Of a DNA stretch of 64,000 nucleotides, positions 60,810 to 64,000 are shown one piece after another. Position 1 is the first letter of the stretch. The number at the start of each line of letters is the position of its first letter. The DNA is from Candidatus Latescibacterota bacterium (GTDB lineage Bacteria; Latescibacterota; UBA2968; GCA-2709665), in contig CBDDDZ010000003.1 of the NCBI GenBank assembly GCA_965226795.1, positions 160,001 through 224,000 on the forward strand, given 5' to 3'. The translations under genes and the position numbers were made by a program. The notes under the pieces are model-generated. The model was not told the origin of the DNA, ran no database searches, and saw nothing but the letters and a program-made list of their open reading frames with translations.

Positions 60810-63800
60810 CTACGCGAGATACCCGAATTCCATTTCATCCATCCACAGGATCTGATCGGGTTCTCCTCCTCGATCGAACGCGATGGAGACGATTGTGTAG
60901 CCCGGTTGGACATCCAGTTCCGCCCGGTATTCGGTCCACGCCTGGCTGGGCCGGACCGGGACGACGAGATGGGTGTCCTGCTGGCCGGACACGGAAACGT
61001 GCGCATGGGTGGCCGAGCCCCTTGCTTTGAACCGCAGGTGGTAGCGTCCGGCGGTGCGAAGACGCATCGGTCGGCTCTTGAGCGAAATGGCGTCTCTGGG
61101 CCTTGTAAACTTGAGACAGGCGCCGCCTTCCACGGCATCCTCAGTGCTCCATGCCGGCCAGCCGGGATCGTGGGTACGGGGGTGTTGTACGTTCCAGTAG
61201 CGGGGAGGGTAATCCACGATACCGGCTTCAAAGCCGCCATTGCAGAGCAGGTTGATGAGTCTGCCCTTGTGACTCTCAACAAGGGATGCCCGGAGACGCG
61301 GTCGACCCGCCGGAGGATAGCGAACGAAGACTTCCGCGCCCTCTCTCAGGCAGGCGGTGGCGCAGCCTGTCCCGCGCACGCTCAAGTCCGGATCCCACCG
61401 GTCCTGCACGAGCAGCTCCGCGTCGTCCGCGGTGAGTTCATAGATGCCCGGCACGCGCGGCGCAATGTCGCCAAATGCAATCATGTCCCCGTTGTCCGCG
61501 ATGGCTGTCTGCAAACCCACTGTCTGCCGGCTCCCTTCAACCGTTAGTGTCAACTGAAGGGGTTTCGTGGGCGCCGCAAGATCCGCGACCGGGTCGATCC
61601 ACAGGACGGATTCGCCCGCGCCGCTCAACTTGACTTCGACCTTTCCGTCACGCCACGTGTAATCGATCGGCTTCGCGTTCTGAGGACGATCCGGTGGCGA
61701 TATCAACACGGATCCTGGCGCACGACGAATATGAACGGAGAGACGCACCTGCGTCTGGTGCCGCACGTGGATCTGCGCACCGGCGCTGCCCGGGATGTAG
61801 TTCGCGGCAGCGTCGCATTCCGCATCGGCGATCAGGAGAATCTCGCCATCCAGGCTGAGCCGGGTGCCGCCGTGGAGCAACCATCGATGAAGTCGATCCC
61901 CGCGGTGGCTGATATTGGCCACGCTGGCGTCGGTCTCGATACCCGCACCGGCAATTTTCCCGCCCCTCCGGGTCCGGAAAAGGACGTATTCGGATCCGTT
62001 TTCGCATTGAAACTGAACGGCTTCGGCGCCATCCGCATCGACCCGGCGGATGTCATTGACCCCCGCCCCCGCCGTTTTTCCGAAGGTATTTATCACGGAC
62101 AGAATTTTCGCACTGGCCCTTTTTTCTGTCGTGGCGCGGATGTTCCATTGCTGGGGGAAGGCTTCGGTGAAGCGGCACCAGTCGCGCGTCTTCAACGGAA
62201 ACGGACGGTCGTTGTTCTGGGCGTATTTCAGGGGCCGGTCCGTCAGATGCTGAACCAGAAGGCGCTTATCCCGCTGCCGGACGGTCATGGATTGACTGCT
62301 TTCATTTATATCCGCGCGTTCGAACGTGTTGAGCGTCCAGGTGTATTCCCGAGGTTCAGGCGCCTTCAGATCGTCAAAGATCACGAAAACGTCCGGTCGA
62401 ATGAAGAGGACGTGGCGGTGGAACTTCTGGAGCAGTTCCCCGTACGCGCCCGAGGCGTCTCCGGTGAAAAGGCAGGCGTCGGGTGTATTGAAAAAGGCCG
62501 TTATCTTTCCCTTGTGGGCAATGCCCCGGCATTGGCCTTCGCCGTTGACGAGGACAGAATTGTGCGCCTGTGTGGTTCGGCTCCATTGGGAATGGTAGGT
62601 ATCCCCGGAATAGGTGTAATACCCTGCATCGCAACAGAGGATCTCACCGCCCGCGTGGATGACGAATCCGTTCTGATCCTGGTGGGCGTGACTGTGATCG
62701 CCCCACGGGCTGCTTCGGAAGAAGATGCGGGTGCTTCCGTGGTCGTAGAACCGGTCGTACGCGGCGAGTTGGCCGACATCGGGAAACAGGCGGGCCTGCG
62801 CGATATCCACCGGCGGTCTGGACGGGACACCGCTGTCGGAGAGATACTGGAGCGGGAGATGGACCGGGTTGCATACCCGTGTATCGCTCCACCACTTGAC
62901 GGTGGGATCCCCGGTCATCGCGGCCAGAAAAGCGGAAACGTAGGTGTCGGCATCGCTGCCGAAGTTGGGGTCGATCAGGGAATAACAGTCCCCCCAGTGG
63001 TTCCACCAGTAATTGAGGGACATGCAGTACAACCAGAACGCGCCGGTATTCTGCCACCGGGGTTCGCGGAAGACGTCCAGACCCGTTGCGGTCTTGAGGG
63101 CGGCCAGGGCTTCCAGAATGAACTGCACTTTGTGGCCGTATTTCTGGCCTTCGGTGTATCCACCGTCGCTGCTTCCCCACGCGACCCGGTTGGCGTACTG
63201 GCGGATGAGGTAGTCGGCCCATTGCCGGGTCTGGACGGTTTCGGTGGCAACCGCCAGGACCGTGGTAAGCAGCGCATGCATGCACTGTTGACCGTGGGAA
63301 TTCTGATAATTCAGGTGGATCTGAACGCCTTCCCGGATCCACTTATAGGCCGCTTCGCAATGGAATACGATGTGTTCCAATACGCTTGCGCGTTCTTCAG
63401 GCTTCAGTAGGGTGTAGAGTCGATCGTAAGCAAGGGCCATACCCTTCAGCCCGAATTCGTAGCAGTAGACAACGGTATCGTGCTGCCCACGATCCTCGAG
63501 GTGGATGTCGACGCGGAAATTCGAGAGGAATGCCATCCAGCGCCGCGCGGCCTCGGCGTATTCTTCGTTGCCCGAGATCAGATACGCGAACGAGAGCGCA
63601 TTGACGTTGTCGGCGCCCTTCTTGAGTTCATTTATCTGGTAGTTGACGGGGAAGGCGAGACGGCCGCCGTTCAGATGAAAGACCAGACCGCGTTGTTCGC
63701 CCAGGTTGGTCGACACGGATTGCAGGTTCAATCCTGGAGGCTCGGTCTGCGTCAGGGTGTCGGCGCGGTATCTGAGGTGCTGCCAGGCTTCGATGCCGGG

Positions 63801-64000
63801 ACCGCGTCTGCGGTCGCGAAACCCATCCAGTGTCTCAGGGGTGACAAAGATGCGCGGGTGGTCCGGCATTGTGTCGAGAATGTGTTCTGTCGGGGGTACG
63901 GGAAGCGGGACCGATTCGGTCGTGATGCGAAAGCTGCGGACCGGTCCGGATCGGGATTCCTCGCCTTCGGAGGTGACCGCGAAGTGTCGCCAGTACCACG
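60810..64000 (-). CDS. DUF4962/heparinase II/III-like lyase with a C-terminal CBM-like domain (5' end outside the window)
   Basis: Frame is open to base 64000 (WYWR..RSFRI..HPRIF); HSHAHQDQNGF, HNSVLVNG; C-terminal NLLCNGGFE. Confidence 0.78.
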   Translation of the reverse strand, partial: WYWRHFAVTSEGEESRSGPVRSFRITTESVPLPVPPTEHILDTMPDHPRIFVTPETLDGFRDRRRGPGIEAWQHLRYRADTLTQTEPPGLNLQSVSTNLGEQRGLVFHLNGGRLAFPVNYQINELKKGADNVNALSFAYLISGNEEYAEAARRWMAFLSNFRVDIHLEDRGQHDTVVYCYEFGLKGMALAYDRLYTLLKPEERASVLEHIVFHCEAAYKWIREGVQIHLNYQNSHGQQCMHALLTTVLAVATETVQTRQWADYLIRQYANRVAWGSSDGGYTEGQKYGHKVQFILEALAALKTATGLDVFREPRWQNTGAFWLYCMSLNYWWNHWGDCYSLIDPNFGSDADTYVSAFLAAMTGDPTVKWWSDTRVCNPVHLPLQYLSDSGVPSRPPVDIAQARLFPDVGQLAAYDRFYDHGSTRIFFRSSPWGDHSHAHQDQNGFVIHAGGEILCCDAGYYTYSGDTYHSQWSRTTQAHNSVLVNGEGQCRGIAHKGKITAFFNTPDACLFTGDASGAYGELLQKFHRHVLFIRPDVFVIFDDLKAPEPREYTWTLNTFERADINESSQSMTVRQRDKRLLVQHLTDRPLKYAQNNDRPFPLKTRDWCRFTEAFPQQWNIRATTEKRASAKILSVINTFGKTAGAGVNDIRRVDADGAEAVQFQCENGSEYVLFRTRRGGKIAGAGIETDASVANISHRGDRLHRWLLHGGTRLSLDGEILLIADAECDAAANYIPGSAGAQIHVRHQTQVRLSVHIRRAPGSVLISPPDRPQNAKPIDYTWRDGKVEVKLSGAGESVLWIDPVADLAAPTKPLQLTLTVEGSRQTVGLQTAIADNGDMIAFGDIAPRVPGIYELTADDAELLVQDRWDPDLSVRGTGCATACLREGAEVFVRYPPAGRPRLRASLVESHKGRLINLLCNGGFEAGIVDYPPRYWNVQHPRTHDPGWPAWSTEDAVEGGACLKFTRPRDAISLKSRPMRLRTAGRYHLRFKARGSATHAHVSVSGQQDTHLVVPVRPSQAWTEYRAELDVQPGYTIVSIAFDRGGEPDQILWMDEMEFGYLA

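Noticed and set aside
60515..61282. 505-aa CutC fusion protein
   Set aside because: The extension crosses MITE copy 2 and overlaps the upstream lyase gene in another frame; CutC starts at about 60514

Overview
GC-rich bacterial chromosomal window. The gene content (heparinase II/III-like lyases, many amidohydrolases, palindromic intergenic repeats) resembles Latescibacterota/Poribacteria-like marine lineages, but that is an inference. It has five parts. (1) 1-3.8 kb: a decaying defence remnant, with a type I R-M specificity gene hsdS coupled to an RloC/Rad50-like zinc-hook ABC ATPase broken by a 7-bp duplication and a nonsense codon. (2) 3.9-6.8 kb: three metabolic genes on the minus strand. 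(3) 7.4-35.3 kb: a co-oriented ~28-kb bioenergetic run. It holds complex I genes nuoA-CD-E-F-G-H-J-K-L-M with nuoB and nuoI absent, then a 10-gene Mrp/Mbh-like cation/H+ antiporter cassette (E-F-G-DUF4040-B-C-D-D-small-D) between nuoM and nuoN, then nuoN and a complete F1Fo ATP synthase operon with an H+-type c subunit. (4) 36.5-44.7 kb: a type III R-M locus with a Fic gene and a degenerate HepT gene between mod and a frameshifted res. (5) 45-64 kb: two heparinase II/III-like proteins flanking a hydrolase/aminotransferase cluster, a triple-DUF5069 protein, a toxin-less toxin-antitoxin mosaic, a P-loop protein and cutC. A MITE-like element with ~19-bp terminal inverted repeats occurs as two full copies, one minimal copy and one partial copy, and there are GTAG-type REP-like palindromes. 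No rRNA, tRNA or CRISPR array was recognised. All family calls come from motif recognition, not database searches.
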